A stretch of 64,000 bases of DNA from Acidobacteriota bacterium. GTDB lineage: Bacteria > Acidobacteriota > UBA6911 > RPQK01 > JAJDTT01. A program made the position numbers and the translations under genes. The stretch covers positions 1,952,001 through 2,016,000 of the forward strand of contig OZ253580.1 of assembly GCA_965263035.1 (NCBI GenBank), in the 5' to 3' direction. This document shows positions 18,109 to 28,258 of this stretch, piece by piece. Every line of letters starts with the position of its first letter. The first letter of the stretch is position 1. The notes below the pieces were generated by a model, which saw nothing but the letters and a program-made list of their open reading frames with translations, searched no databases and was not told the origin of the DNA.

Positions 18109-19893
18109 TTGTACTCAGCCGCCCTGTTCCTGGCGGCCATCCTGACCGGACCGGTCTCCGCCCAACGAATCCTCCCCCTTCCGGGAGACAACCTGCTGTC
18201 CGGCAAGGAGGCAACTTTCTCCGTCCCACCGAACTGCAGCCACTGCGGTACCGCCGACAAATCCGACCTGACCGACGGAAAACTCTGGCAATCGGACAGC
18301 GGGACAAACTTCTGGGACCACGAGGGATCCGTCGGATGGGACCTTGGCTCCCTACCCGGAGTGATGATCGGGTTCGACCTGGGAACGGTCCATCCGATCG
18401 AAACCCTTGGCCTCCACACCGCGTCGGGAAACCCGGACATCAAAATCCCAACCGCCGTGCTGGCCTACGTGTCGGACGACGGCGAGACCTGGCGCTTCGT
18501 CACCGACCTGGTCAACGAAGTCCTCCCTGAAGGAGCTTCCGTTCGCCGCCGCTTCGTGTCGGGAGACTATTGGACCGGAGGACTGCGAGTCGGCGGACGG
18601 TACCTGGCCTTCTACGTCGTCAATCGCGGTGGCCGCACCTTCATCGACGAAATCGAAGCCCTCCGGGGCAGCCGAAACCCCGCAGACGCGATCTTCAACG
18701 ACGACGCCATCGGCAAGGACCAGCTCGAAACCGACGCCCTGAACCGGGCCCATGGTGCAACACCCCAGGCGGGTTCATTCAGTCACATGAGCACCTGGAT
18801 CCGGAAGAGCTACTCCGACGCGATTCTGCAGACGAAGCCGGCGGAAGAGCGAAGGATGGACAACCTGGAACGGTACGTGGCCATCGACAACAAGGGCAAC
18901 TGGCCCAACCTGACGCTCATGCCGGACGGTTCCATCGTGGCGACGGTCTTCGGCGAACCCGCCCACGGCTTGTGGGAAGGCAGCACCGAATGCTGGATCA
19001 GCCGGGACGGCGGCAAGACCTGGTCCTTTTTGAGCGTGGCGGCGCCTCACGCACCCGGGACCAATCACATGATCTACGGAGCCGGCCTGACTCACGGCGG
19101 CGCCCTGGTCGTCCTGGCCGGCGGCTGGGGCAACGTCCCGTCCCGAGGGGGCGAACCGCCCGTTCCCAACAAGAAGAGATTCCTTCTGACGCCCAGAATC
19201 TGCCGTTCCGAGGACGGCGGCAGGACCTGGACCCGCACGGAGATGAAGGTGCCGCCTCAGATGGAGGACCCGATTCCCTACGGCGATATCGTACTGCTTC
19301 CGGGCCGGCGACTCGCTATATCGTGTTATTCCCACGGTCCCGGAGATCTCGCCAGGAATACGGCCTGGATCTTCTTCAGCGACGACGACGGACGGACCTG
19401 GGGCAACCCTCGCCTGATCGCCGCGGACAGCTACAACGAAACGGCACTGTTGCCTCTGGACGGCGCGAAGATGCTCGCCGCCAGCCGCACCATCCGATGG
19501 GGCGGGATGAAGGATGAGCATCTGGAGCTGTTCGCCTCCGGCGACGGCGGGCAGACGTGGAAGGGGCGAGGACCCGTTTCCTTGCCGAAGGAGATTCCCG
19601 CGGACCTGTTGAGACTGCGGGACGGCTCGATCCTCCTCTCCTACGGCTCACGCCTTCGCGGAGCGCTCGGGGTCCATGCGCGGATCAGCCGGGACGATGG
19701 TCTCACCTGGGATGCTCCCCGGGTCCTCTTCAAGACAGCCGCTCACGTCTCCAGCAGCGGAGCCGGCGGAGTCGACGGCGGTTACCCTTCGAGCGTCCAG
19801 TTGGACGACGGCACCATCCTCACCGCTTACTACTGTTCCCGCCTCCCCTGGCACCAGCGGTATCACATGGGCGTGGTCTTCTGGCAGGATTGA
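18109..19893 (+). CDS. Sialidase-like BNR/Asp-box protein with N-terminal discoidin-like domain; original start (17865) cut off by the MITE
   Basis: SxDGGxTW Asp-boxes, DGGYPSSV. Removing the MITE joins AAGGAGG plus ATG 17865 in frame. Confidence 0.82.
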   Translation: MYSAALFLAAILTGPVSAQRILPLPGDNLLSGKEATFSVPPNCSHCGTADKSDLTDGKLWQSDSGTNFWDHEGSVGWDLGSLPGVMIGFDLGTVHPIETLGLHTASGNPDIKIPTAVLAYVSDDGETWRFVTDLVNEVLPEGASVRRRFVSGDYWTGGLRVGGRYLAFYVVNRGGRTFIDEIEALRGSRNPADAIFNDDAIGKDQLETDALNRAHGATPQAGSFSHMSTWIRKSYSDAILQTKPAEERRMDNLERYVAIDNKGNWPNLTLMPDGSIVATVFGEPAHGLWEGSTECWISRDGGKTWSFLSVAAPHAPGTNHMIYGAGLTHGGALVVLAGGWGNVPSRGGEPPVPNKKRFLLTPRICRSEDGGRTWTRTEMKVPPQMEDPIPYGDIVLLPGRRLAISCYSHGPGDLARNTAWIFFSDDDGRTWGNPRLIAADSYNETALLPLDGAKMLAASRTIRWGGMKDEHLELFASGDGGQTWKGRGPVSLPKEIPADLLRLRDGSILLSYGSRLRGALGVHARISRDDGLTWDAPRVLFKTAAHVSSSGAGGVDGGYPSSVQLDDGTILTAYYCSRLPWHQRYHMGVVFWQD

Positions 19894-19951
19894 AGGTCTA
19901 CTGCCCGAAGATCCTAAGCCCAGGTTGGGCTCCACGAAAGGAGGATTTCAG

Positions 19952-21067
19952 GTGGCTTCCACCATGGTGAAGGGCATGGCTTGGACTGCGGCTTTGCTCG
20001 TCGTGGTCTGCGCCGTTCTCCATTTCGTACCCGGTGCGTCCTCCCGGCGGCCGAACGTCATCCTGATTCTGACCGACGACCAGGGTTACGGCGACGTGGG
20101 CGTCCACGGCAACGACGTCCTGCGGACGCCGAACCTGGACCGTCTGGCCCGGGAAGGGGTCCGAATCAAGGAATTCTATGTGACCCCGCTCTGCGCGACG
20201 ACCCGGGCCGGCCTGCTCACGGGCCGGTACAACCAGCGAACCGGCGTCCTCTGGCCGTTTCTGGGGGCTGAAGTGCTGAGACACCGGGAGGTGACCCTGG
20301 CCGAAGCCTTGAAGGACGCCGGATACCAAACCGCGCTGATCGGGAAGTGGCACCTGGGCAGGTACGGAAAATACGGTCCCCTGACCCACGGTTTCGACGA
20401 GTTTCTGGGATTCCGGGACGGCATGATCGACGATTATTTCGACACCGCCCTGGAGCACAACGGCCTTCCGGTGCGGATCAGCAACTACATCACCGACGCC
20501 TTGACCGACGCCGCCCTCCGTTTCGTCGAGTCCAACCGGAGCCGCCCCTTACTTCCTCTTCCTGTCCTACAACGCTCCCCACATTCCCAACCAGGTCCCC
20601 CTGAAGTACGAGCAGGAATACACCGAGAAGGGCCTGTCTCCCCACCTGGCCAAGGTCTACGGCATGATCACCTGCCTGGACGATGGGATCGGGCGCATCC
20701 TCGAGTCCTTGGAGAAGCTGGGTTTGGAGGAAAATACGATCGTCGTCTTCCTGTCGGACAACGGCCCCCAGATGGAAAGCAGCCGCCAGATGCAGCAATT
20801 CCGGTCTCGAGAGTGGCACCGGATGGACGCCATGTGGAAGGGGGTCGGCCGCTACAACGCGAACCTGCGGGGAGAAAAGGCCACCGTCTACGAGGGAGGG
20901 ATCCGTTCGCCGTTCTTCGCACGCTGGGTGGGCCAGCTCCCGGCGGGAAAGACCCTGGACCTGGCGGCCTCCCATATCGACCTGCTTCCGACCCTTCTGG
21001 ACCTCTGTGAGGTTCCGCTCCCGGAAGGGCCGGCATTGGACGGCCGGAGCCTGGCTCCGCTTCTTAA
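19952..21067 (+). pseudogene. Arylsulfatase, frameshifted near 20550 and truncated by a MITE
   Basis: RPNVILILTDDQGYGD, CATTRAGLLTG, GKWHLG. Continues in another frame FLFLSYNAPH...SDNG...YEGGIRSP...LDGRSLAPLL, then MITE A. Confidence 0.88.
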
Positions 21068-21225
21068 CAGCCCGTGGCAAAAGTCATCACGGCATTCGAC
21101 CGTCCCTGCATCCCGGCGGACGGCGTTGCGATTCGGGCACATACTCCCGGTATGCACCCGAATCGCGCCTTGTCCGGCGGGCGCAGGAACGGTCTCGGTG
21201 CTCGCGGGACTTTCACCACGGACTG
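21068..21225. mobile_element. MITE family A, copy 2
   Basis: Near-identical to 13300-13457. Left flank TTAA, right flank ATAT (no duplication). Confidence 0.9.
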
Positions 21226-21431
21226 ATATGCAACCGGATCTTGCACCGCAGTGCGAGGAGGTTGCGCAATGGAATAATCCCGGAAAACTGACGCGTGAGA
21301 ACGAGGTGCCGCGGGAATGCCTTTCCGGTCTGAGCGCAACCACACAGCCCATGAGCGTCAGCTTCGGACCATGTCCTCCGCGGTAAGTTGACCGGGTCCG
21401 GCGTTGAACCTATTCTGCCCCAGGAGGAGAA

Positions 21432-22871
21432 ATGAAAAGAGTTGTTCTGGCTTGCCTGCTGCTGTCACTGCCGTTGCTGGGCGGAAAATCCGTCGTCGAC
21501 GTCGGCTCCGACCGTCAGCTTTTTCTGGACCGGGATCTCATCGACGAGATGCGCGGCGCCGAATTCGAGCAGCACCGGCCGGTGCTGCGCGAAGAGGTCC
21601 TGCGTTACGACAAACCGTGGGAGGGGGACACCTCATGGCATCCCATCGTGATCCGGGACGGGGAGCGCTTCCGGATGTGGTACCGGGTCTCCCAAGGCAA
21701 CCATGACGGCGTGGCCCAGACGGCCTACGCCGAGAGCAAGGACGGGATTCATTGGGAGCGCCCCTCGCTGGGGTTGGTGGAGTCGAAGGGCTCGACCGAC
21801 AATAACCTGATCTGGCCCACGGTCGGCAACCAGGGGATCAACATGTGCGTCTTCAAGGACCCGAACCCCGGCGTGCCGGAGGGGGAAAGGTACAAGGCCA
21901 TCGTCCAGACCCGGGACATCCACGGGCTGGTCTCTGCGGACGGGCTGCATTGGGAACCGATCCAGCCCGAACCCCTGATCCGGCGCCTCCAGGACCAGGT
22001 CAACGACGGTCCTCATGCCGCCTTCTGGGATCCCTGGCAGTCCCGGTACGTCATCTACAAGCGCGGCTGGTGGGGAGCCACCCCGGAAAAGCAACTGGAC
22101 GCCTCGGGAACCAGCGGAGAGGCCAATCGGACCATTCGCCGTTTCACCTCCCGGGACTTCCTCACCTGGGACGGCCCCGAATGGGTGGAGATCCCCTTCG
22201 GGACCCACCCCCGGGAACAGTTCTACACCAGCGCCGCCATTCCCTATCCCTGGGCCCGGAACGTCTACCTCATGTTTCCCATGCGCTTCATCCTGGACCG
22301 GGAAGGCGAGGGCTGGCCCTTTCCCGGCCTCTCGGACATCGCCCTGCTCAGCAGCCGCGACGGGCTCCATTGGCAGCGGACCTTCCGCGAAGCCTGGATC
22401 CGTCCCGGACTCGACCGGAACAACTGGCACGAACGGGCCATGTCCTTCGGCTCGGGCCTGGTCCGGACCGCTCCGGGAGAGCTCTCCATGTACATGACCC
22501 ACAACTACCGGACCCCCGATGCCCACATCCGGCGGGTGACGCTGCGGCAGGACGGGTTCATCTCGGTCCATGCCCCCGATCTGGGAGGGGAGTTCACGAC
22601 CCGGCCGTTGCAATTCAAGGGGAGCCGCCTGCGGATCAACTACTCCACCTCGGTGACGGGATCGGTCCGGGTGGAGGTGCTCAACCACTTCTCCCGTCCC
22701 GTCCTCGGCTTCAACCTGAAGGACAGCAGCGAGATCTACGGGGATGAGCTGGACCGGGTCGTCAGTTGGGGGGAGAACGAAGACCTGAGCGCGCTGGAGG
22801 GGCAGACGGTTCGCCTCCGTTTCGTGCTGCGGGACGCGAACCTCTATTCCTTCCAGTTCGGTGCGCCGTAG
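21432..22871 (+). CDS. Secreted beta-propeller glycoside hydrolase-like protein (GH32/GH43-like clan), subfamily A
   Basis: RQLFLD, YAESKDGIHWERPSLG, SRDGLHW, LRQDGFIS, C-terminal LRFVLRDANLYSFQF. Confidence 0.75.
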   Translation: MKRVVLACLLLSLPLLGGKSVVDVGSDRQLFLDRDLIDEMRGAEFEQHRPVLREEVLRYDKPWEGDTSWHPIVIRDGERFRMWYRVSQGNHDGVAQTAYAESKDGIHWERPSLGLVESKGSTDNNLIWPTVGNQGINMCVFKDPNPGVPEGERYKAIVQTRDIHGLVSADGLHWEPIQPEPLIRRLQDQVNDGPHAAFWDPWQSRYVIYKRGWWGATPEKQLDASGTSGEANRTIRRFTSRDFLTWDGPEWVEIPFGTHPREQFYTSAAIPYPWARNVYLMFPMRFILDREGEGWPFPGLSDIALLSSRDGLHWQRTFREAWIRPGLDRNNWHERAMSFGSGLVRTAPGELSMYMTHNYRTPDAHIRRVTLRQDGFISVHAPDLGGEFTTRPLQFKGSRLRINYSTSVTGSVRVEVLNHFSRPVLGFNLKDSSEIYGDELDRVVSWGENEDLSALEGQTVRLRFVLRDANLYSFQFGAP

Positions 22872-22876
22872 GGGCC

Positions 22877-22970
22877 TGGAGCGGCGGATTTCCGGTCGCC
22901 GATTCCATAGAAGAATTGGAGGACTGAAGTTTCCCCTCCCATATGGGGGACAAGACTGTCCCTTCCTACT
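22877..22970. repeat. REP-like palindrome cluster
   Basis: TGGAGCGGCGGATTTCCGGTCGCCG...GGGGGACAAGACTGTCCCTTCC. Confidence 0.65.
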
Positions 22971-23068
22971 GGTCCCTGGGTACATTCTACGGAACAAAAT
23001 TCGAGGCAAGCCCATTCAAATCAATGATGTGAAGCGAAGAATCAAGTCAGACAGGCTGGAAGTTCAGT

Positions 23069-23281
23069 CTAAAGGAGATCCTTGAACCGTTGCACCGTCA
23101 AGCCAGCATCTTGAACGACGCCACCCATCGTATAGGCATTAACCGGATTGTGGCGAGGAATTGTGAGTAGCCGCCTTCCGTCGCTCATGACCACGTGCTT
23201 ACCTTGATTCACGATCTGGAAACCAGCTTTCTCAAGCGCACGAACCGCCCGAAGGTGATTAATTCCTGGGATCTTCGGCAC
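23069..23281 (-). CDS. hicA: HicA-family toxin
   Basis: GTG start; PKIPGINHLRAVRALEKAGF..QGKHVVMSDG..LTIPRH. Confidence 0.85.
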   Translation of the reverse strand: MPKIPGINHLRAVRALEKAGFQIVNQGKHVVMSDGRRLLTIPRHNPVNAYTMGGVVQDAGLTVQRFKDLL

Positions 23282-23282
23282 G

Positions 23283-23480
23283 CTAGACGGCGACCTCAAC
23301 CTCTCGGGTTTGTTGTCCCTCAGAGATTTTCTTTACCGCCGTCAGGTACTCCTGAATCGCAGACCTAATATTTTCGAGGGCTTCCGCTTCTGTCTTACCC
23401 TGTGACCAGCACCCGGGAAGTCCAGGACACGAAATGCTATAGCCTTCTTCCGATCGCATAAGAACTACTCGGTATTTCAT
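23283..23480 (-). CDS. hicB: HicB-family antitoxin
   Basis: MKYRVVL..SEEGYSISCPGLPGCWSQGKTEAEALENIRSAI. Confidence 0.88.
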   Translation of the reverse strand: MKYRVVLMRSEEGYSISCPGLPGCWSQGKTEAEALENIRSAIQEYLTAVKKISEGQQTREVEVAV

Positions 23481-23597
23481 ATTCTATCCATTCTGCACCG
23501 AAGACCTTTGATCATACAGCCGACTTCTGCCTGGACTTTCTCTGTTTTTCTGGAGGTTCAATCCCCGTTTCCGGGCGGTTGGGGAGTGCGCCCCCTT

Positions 23598-25055
23598 CTA
23601 CGTCCCCGATTCCGGCCCCACCGGAGCCCAGCGGAAGCACCCGTACTGCGACTCGTAAAGATTGTAGTCTCCGGTACTTCGAGCGATCTCCCACATGCCC
23701 GCGGCCATCTCCCGGCACAGCGGCCCGCGGCTCCCGGCCAGGTTGTGCAGCTCGTGTGGGTCCCGCTCCAAGTCGTAGATCTCGTCTTCATCGAAGGCGT
23801 TGAAGACGTACTTGTGCCGCCCACGCCAGAGGACCCTCTGAGTGTAGGCCATCCGCTGTCCCTGCATCTCGGCGTAGGCTTGTGAATCCCAGCCGGAGCC
23901 GTCTCCCCCCAACAGCGGACGCAGCGAACGGCCGTGGCAGGAAAAGCCCTCTCCCAGCATCAGCTCCATCAGGGTCGGAGCCACGTCCAGCAGGCTGACG
24001 ATCCCGGGGGCCTCCTGCCCCGGTCTCACCCCCGGACCCTTCAGGATCAAAGGCACACGATACGCTTCCTCGAAGGCGGGGACCCCCTTGAGCATCAGGC
24101 GATGGGCGCCCATGTAGTCGCCGTGGTCCGAAAGAAACAGGACCAGCGTATTCTCCGACTGCCCCGTCTCCTCCAAGACCCTCAAGACCCGTCCGACCTG
24201 GTCGTCGATGAGGGAGCAGAAGGCGTAGTAGCAGGCGGTGGCCTCGGCGAAGTCGGACCATTGCATCTGGTCCCAGACCCGTTGCATCCGCCGGTAGATG
24301 CCGGGCCGATGGGCCAGATCATCCTGGAAACTGGGGGGAGGCGCCAGGGCGCGGGCGTCGTAGAGACGCCGGTACTCCCGCGGTACGACGTACGGATCGT
24401 GGGGTCCGACGGTACTCAGGAAGAGGCACCAGGGCTGCTCCTGCCGGGCCGACCCGGTCAGAAAGTCGATCCCGCGAGAGTAGACGTAGTGCTCGCCGGT
24501 GCCCTCCACCGGCTCGTCCACGACGCCGTGCAATAGCAGGTCCCGATACCCGCGGTGGCGAACCATGCCCCTCCGCTCCCAGCGGCGGTCCGATTCGGGA
24601 AGACCCAGACTCCGGCGTCGCTCCAGGTAACCGGTGTTGGGGACCCTCCGGCACCCCACTTCGGCCGCCTCGAAGCTCTCCATCAGCTCATAGGAATCGA
24701 ACCCGAACTGCTCCAGCCGGTTCGAGCGCTCGATGTGCCATTTTCCGAAGTAGCCGGTGCGATACCCGGCCTCCCGCAGCCGCCGGCTCCAGAACGGAAG
24801 CCCCGCCTTCAGATCGGCGCGATAGGGCTCCACCGTATGGGTGCAGTCGACCATGCCGTGGCTGTGGGGCAGGAGCCCCGTCATCAAGCTGGCCCGGCTG
24901 GGCGAGCAGATGGGGTTAGTGGAGTAGCAGCGCAGGAAACGGGTCCCCCGGGCGGCCAGATGGTCCAGGTTGGGGGTCCGGCAGGGAGAGGCAGGACCCA
25001 CCGTGTCGGCACGCTGCTGATCGGTCATCAGCACCAGCAGATTGGGTCGGGGCAA
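23598..25055 (-). CDS. Sulfatase (choline-sulfatase-like)
   Basis: TTG start after AGGAGG; RPNLLVLMTDQQRAD, CSPSRASLMTG, GKWH, SDHGD, YDLERDPHE. Confidence 0.92.
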   Translation of the reverse strand: MPRPNLLVLMTDQQRADTVGPASPCRTPNLDHLAARGTRFLRCYSTNPICSPSRASLMTGLLPHSHGMVDCTHTVEPYRADLKAGLPFWSRRLREAGYRTGYFGKWHIERSNRLEQFGFDSYELMESFEAAEVGCRRVPNTGYLERRRSLGLPESDRRWERRGMVRHRGYRDLLLHGVVDEPVEGTGEHYVYSRGIDFLTGSARQEQPWCLFLSTVGPHDPYVVPREYRRLYDARALAPPPSFQDDLAHRPGIYRRMQRVWDQMQWSDFAEATACYYAFCSLIDDQVGRVLRVLEETGQSENTLVLFLSDHGDYMGAHRLMLKGVPAFEEAYRVPLILKGPGVRPGQEAPGIVSLLDVAPTLMELMLGEGFSCHGRSLRPLLGGDGSGWDSQAYAEMQGQRMAYTQRVLWRGRHKYVFNAFDEDEIYDLERDPHELHNLAGSRGPLCREMAAGMWEIARSTGDYNLYESQYGCFRWAPVGPESGT

Positions 25056-25081
25056 GCGTCCTCCTGTTGCGCAAGCTACCT

Positions 25082-26324
25082 GGGGCTTATATATCTGACT
25101 TGACGTCAGCACACCGTTCCGGCGCCACGTTCGGCCCGCTGGCCCACGTTTCGGCACCCAGGGCAAGAACCCCCGCCCTGAGAATGTTCAGGGCGGCATT
25201 GTGGTCCCTGTCCATTCTGAGATCACAGGCTGAGCAGTGATACGTCTCGCTCCTTCCCGGTCGATTCCGGGCGCCACAACGGTGACAGTCCTGCGATGTG
25301 TATTGTGGGTTGACTTCCACGAACCCCCGACCGGCCCACTCTGCCTTGTACTGGAGTTGATTCCGCAGCAGCCCCCATTGCTGTGAGAGCATCTCTCGAT
25401 TCAGGCCCTTCCGCTTCAGGCCCTTCGTCGACATCCCCTTGATGTCCAACTTCTCCACCGCAATCAGTCCGTTCTTGCGGATGATCGCAGTGGTCTGCCG
25501 GTGACAGGCGTTCCGGTTGCGGACACCCTCCCGGTAACGCATTCCCGCCAACCGGCGGACTCTCTTCTTCCTCCGGTTGGACCCCCGCCGGCATCGGGCA
25601 ATCCTCCTCTGTTGCCGCCGGATCTCCGGCCAGTCCCGAGTGTTGCGTTCGATTCGTTCCCCGGTGGACAAAACCGCCCGCTTGCGGACACCCAAGTCGA
25701 TTCCGACCGCCGAGGCACACTTCGGCAGCGGCTGCTTCTCGACTTCATAGGTCAGATCCACATACACCCGATTCGCCTTGCGCACGATCCTCAATGCTTT
25801 CAGTTCACCCTCGGGCAAGGGTCGGGTGGGGAACATCCGAATCGTCGGAAAGCCCTTGGGACGGATGGCGAATCCCCGGGCCCGCTTCTTCACCATCGTC
25901 GTCTTGGGATCGACGATATCAATGGTCTCCATCCTGGAGATCGGTCGGAACCGGGGATACCCAGGATCCTCTCCCGCCTTGCAGCGCCGGAAAAAGGCCT
26001 GGAAGGCTCGTTCCAGGCGAAACAACATCCCCCTTTCGGCCTTGACGGCAATGGCCCCGAGCCCGGTCGGATCGTTTCTCCTCTGCTGCGTCAAACCCCG
26101 CAACTGGTCATACAGAGTCACGGATTTCTCTTCCTTCTCCCAGGCGTCCTTTCGCTCCTCCAGGGCGGAGTTGTAGAGGCGGTTCAAAACCGATCGGATC
26201 CAATCCAGACGCCGAAGCCCAGCCTTGGACATCTTGGCTCGGCACTGAAATATTGTATGATACGTCAATACAGGTATGTTAACACATCTTAGTGACAATC
26301 TATCAAGTTAGATATTTAAGCCCC
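25082..26324 (-). mobile_element. TIR-bounded non-autonomous element carrying tnpB
   Basis: GGGGCTTATATATCTGACTTGA (25082-25103) and TCAAGTTAGATATTTAAGCCCC (26303-26324) form an inverted repeat at 20/22. Confidence 0.75.
25087..26298 (-). CDS. tnpB: RNA-guided endonuclease TnpB
   Basis: RLYNSALEER, GYPRF, RuvC VGIDLG / IAVEKL / DRDHNAALNI, Zn ribbon CHRC...CSAC. No tnpA adjacent. Start uncertain. Confidence 0.95.
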   Translation of the reverse strand: MSLRCVNIPVLTYHTIFQCRAKMSKAGLRRLDWIRSVLNRLYNSALEERKDAWEKEEKSVTLYDQLRGLTQQRRNDPTGLGAIAVKAERGMLFRLERAFQAFFRRCKAGEDPGYPRFRPISRMETIDIVDPKTTMVKKRARGFAIRPKGFPTIRMFPTRPLPEGELKALRIVRKANRVYVDLTYEVEKQPLPKCASAVGIDLGVRKRAVLSTGERIERNTRDWPEIRRQQRRIARCRRGSNRRKKRVRRLAGMRYREGVRNRNACHRQTTAIIRKNGLIAVEKLDIKGMSTKGLKRKGLNREMLSQQWGLLRNQLQYKAEWAGRGFVEVNPQYTSQDCHRCGARNRPGRSETYHCSACDLRMDRDHNAALNILRAGVLALGAETWASGPNVAPERCADVKSDI

Positions 26325-26475
26325 TACCACACTATTTAATTGGGCTGTCCCTGTGTTCCAGCCCTCGACCCAGTCTACCAAGCCTCGACCTTCGGCTTGG
26401 CATTCGGTAGAAAAGTCCTGTCCGAGCGTCCCCTTTTGGGATCGTGAATTCCTTTCGCTTTCGTGAGGAGGCAGA

Positions 26476-28116
26476 TTGTCAAGAGGCAAAAAACAGGCCG
26501 CCGCGCTCTTGCTGGCCCTTCTGGCGGGCATCGCTGTGGGTGGGACCCTGCAGAAATCAGGCTATCTGATGCTTCCGGGCTGGCAGACGCCAGCCCGGAC
26601 AGGTTTCGAAGCCACCCCAGGCATCTCGGTGCAGGCCGCCGTTCCACAGGTGGTGGAGGAGGCTACGCTCTTCGCCTTCGACAACGTCTCGATTCCTTTT
26701 CACCGGAACCTGTACCTCTGGAAGCATCCCCGGAACCCCGTCATCAGCCGGGAGGAGGGTCGGCCGGATGAAGCCCGGGCTCAATATCTGGGAACCGTGC
26801 TGCGTCACGAAGGCCGATTCAGAATGTGGTACGTGGCTGCCGACAGGGAGAGCTTCCGTGCCTTCAGCACGCAGGATCTCATGACCGGCTGGAGGGTGGC
26901 GTATGCGGAGAGCGAGGATGGCGTCCACTGGAGAAAACCCAACTTGGGCCTGGTCGAATACGCCGGAAATCGCGACAACAACCTGGTTCTGGTGGACCCG
27001 CCCGAGTTGAGCGTGATCGCGGGGCTGACCATCCTCTACGAACCGGAGGACCCGGATCCCTCCCGGCGATTCAAGATGATGGCCGCCGCCCCTGCCGAGA
27101 GGACGAAGACCACGGCGGTTCCGCTTTACAGCGGCGACGGCCTGCGCTGGCGGCCGGCCAGGGAGACGAAGCTGATCCGGAAACGCGAGGGGAAGTGGCT
27201 CGCCTGGAGGGTGCCGGAGGAAAATCTCGCGATTCCCGAGTTCCTGGAACATGCCGGGCTCTACAAATGGGATGGAATGTACTACATCGCCGGGCAGCAG
27301 GTCGCTCCCTGGGTGTGGCTGTGGGACGGCAAGCCCTCCGGTCGAGTGATGTCCATCTTCCGGTCATCGGATTTCGTCGAATGGTCGGATACGAAGTCCC
27401 TGTCGTTCGTACGCTACGGCTACCGCTCGATGCCGACCAATGCGGGGGAAGAGTCTCACGAGCCCGCCAGCGTCTGGAATCGCGGCAATGTGCTGCTGGG
27501 GACCTACGGACAGTTTCACGGTGTTCCCGGGTCGCCGTCCCATCCCATGGATCTGGGTCTGCTCATCAGCAACGACGGCATCCATTTCCGGGAGCCGGTT
27601 CCCGATTTCATTTTCCTGCCTCGGGGAGAACCACAGAGTTGGGAAGGTGGAGGACTGCTCCAGGGGCAGGGATTCGAGAATGTGGGGGACGAGACCTACA
27701 TCTGGTATGGCGGTTGGGACAACGACGTCACCCGGCCCGATACCTACGGGGAGATCGGATTGGCGCGCTGGCGCAGAGATGGCTTCGGGTCCTTGTCAGT
27801 CAAGAATCCGGAGCTTCCGGCGGCGTTCGTCACCAGTCCCATCCAGGCCCGGGGAGCGGTCACGATTCAACTCAACGCGGAGGGACTCTCGGACCGGGCC
27901 TGGTTGCGGGTCGAGCTTCTGGATCGGGGAGAGCGGCCGCTTCCGGGATATTCGGGCAGTGACTCTGCGGCCGTCTACAAATCGGGTTTGAGGGAGTCGG
28001 TCTCCTGGAAGGACAAGCAGAGGATCCCGGGACTCTCGAGTGGGTTCAAGATCCGGGTCAACTTCGAAGGGGAGAGACAGGACATCAGACTCTACGCCCT
28101 CTACGTCGGCGGGTGA
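26476..28116 (+). CDS. Beta-propeller glycoside hydrolase-like protein, subfamily B
   Basis: YAESEDGVHWRKPNLG, SNDGIHFREP, QGQGFENVG; paralog of 53555. Confidence 0.75.
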   Translation: MSRGKKQAAALLLALLAGIAVGGTLQKSGYLMLPGWQTPARTGFEATPGISVQAAVPQVVEEATLFAFDNVSIPFHRNLYLWKHPRNPVISREEGRPDEARAQYLGTVLRHEGRFRMWYVAADRESFRAFSTQDLMTGWRVAYAESEDGVHWRKPNLGLVEYAGNRDNNLVLVDPPELSVIAGLTILYEPEDPDPSRRFKMMAAAPAERTKTTAVPLYSGDGLRWRPARETKLIRKREGKWLAWRVPEENLAIPEFLEHAGLYKWDGMYYIAGQQVAPWVWLWDGKPSGRVMSIFRSSDFVEWSDTKSLSFVRYGYRSMPTNAGEESHEPASVWNRGNVLLGTYGQFHGVPGSPSHPMDLGLLISNDGIHFREPVPDFIFLPRGEPQSWEGGGLLQGQGFENVGDETYIWYGGWDNDVTRPDTYGEIGLARWRRDGFGSLSVKNPELPAAFVTSPIQARGAVTIQLNAEGLSDRAWLRVELLDRGERPLPGYSGSDSAAVYKSGLRESVSWKDKQRIPGLSSGFKIRVNFEGERQDIRLYALYVGG

Positions 28117-28177
28117 AGGGATCGGACGCCGTCCCGGCGGGGTCGACTTTGGACCACACGCCGGCCGCCTCTCCCAT

Positions 28178-28258
28178 GTGGGCGGCTAGGAGGCCGGCCT
28201 TCCCAATGGGCGACTGGAAATCGCCCCTCCCGGTGGGCGATTAGAAATCGCTCCCCAG
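28178..28258. repeat. Three tandem REP-like units between convergent genes
   Basis: GGGCGGCTAGGAGGCCGGCCTTCCC, GGGCGACTGGAAATCGCCCCTCCC, GGGCGATTAGAAATCGCTCCCC. Confidence 0.65.
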
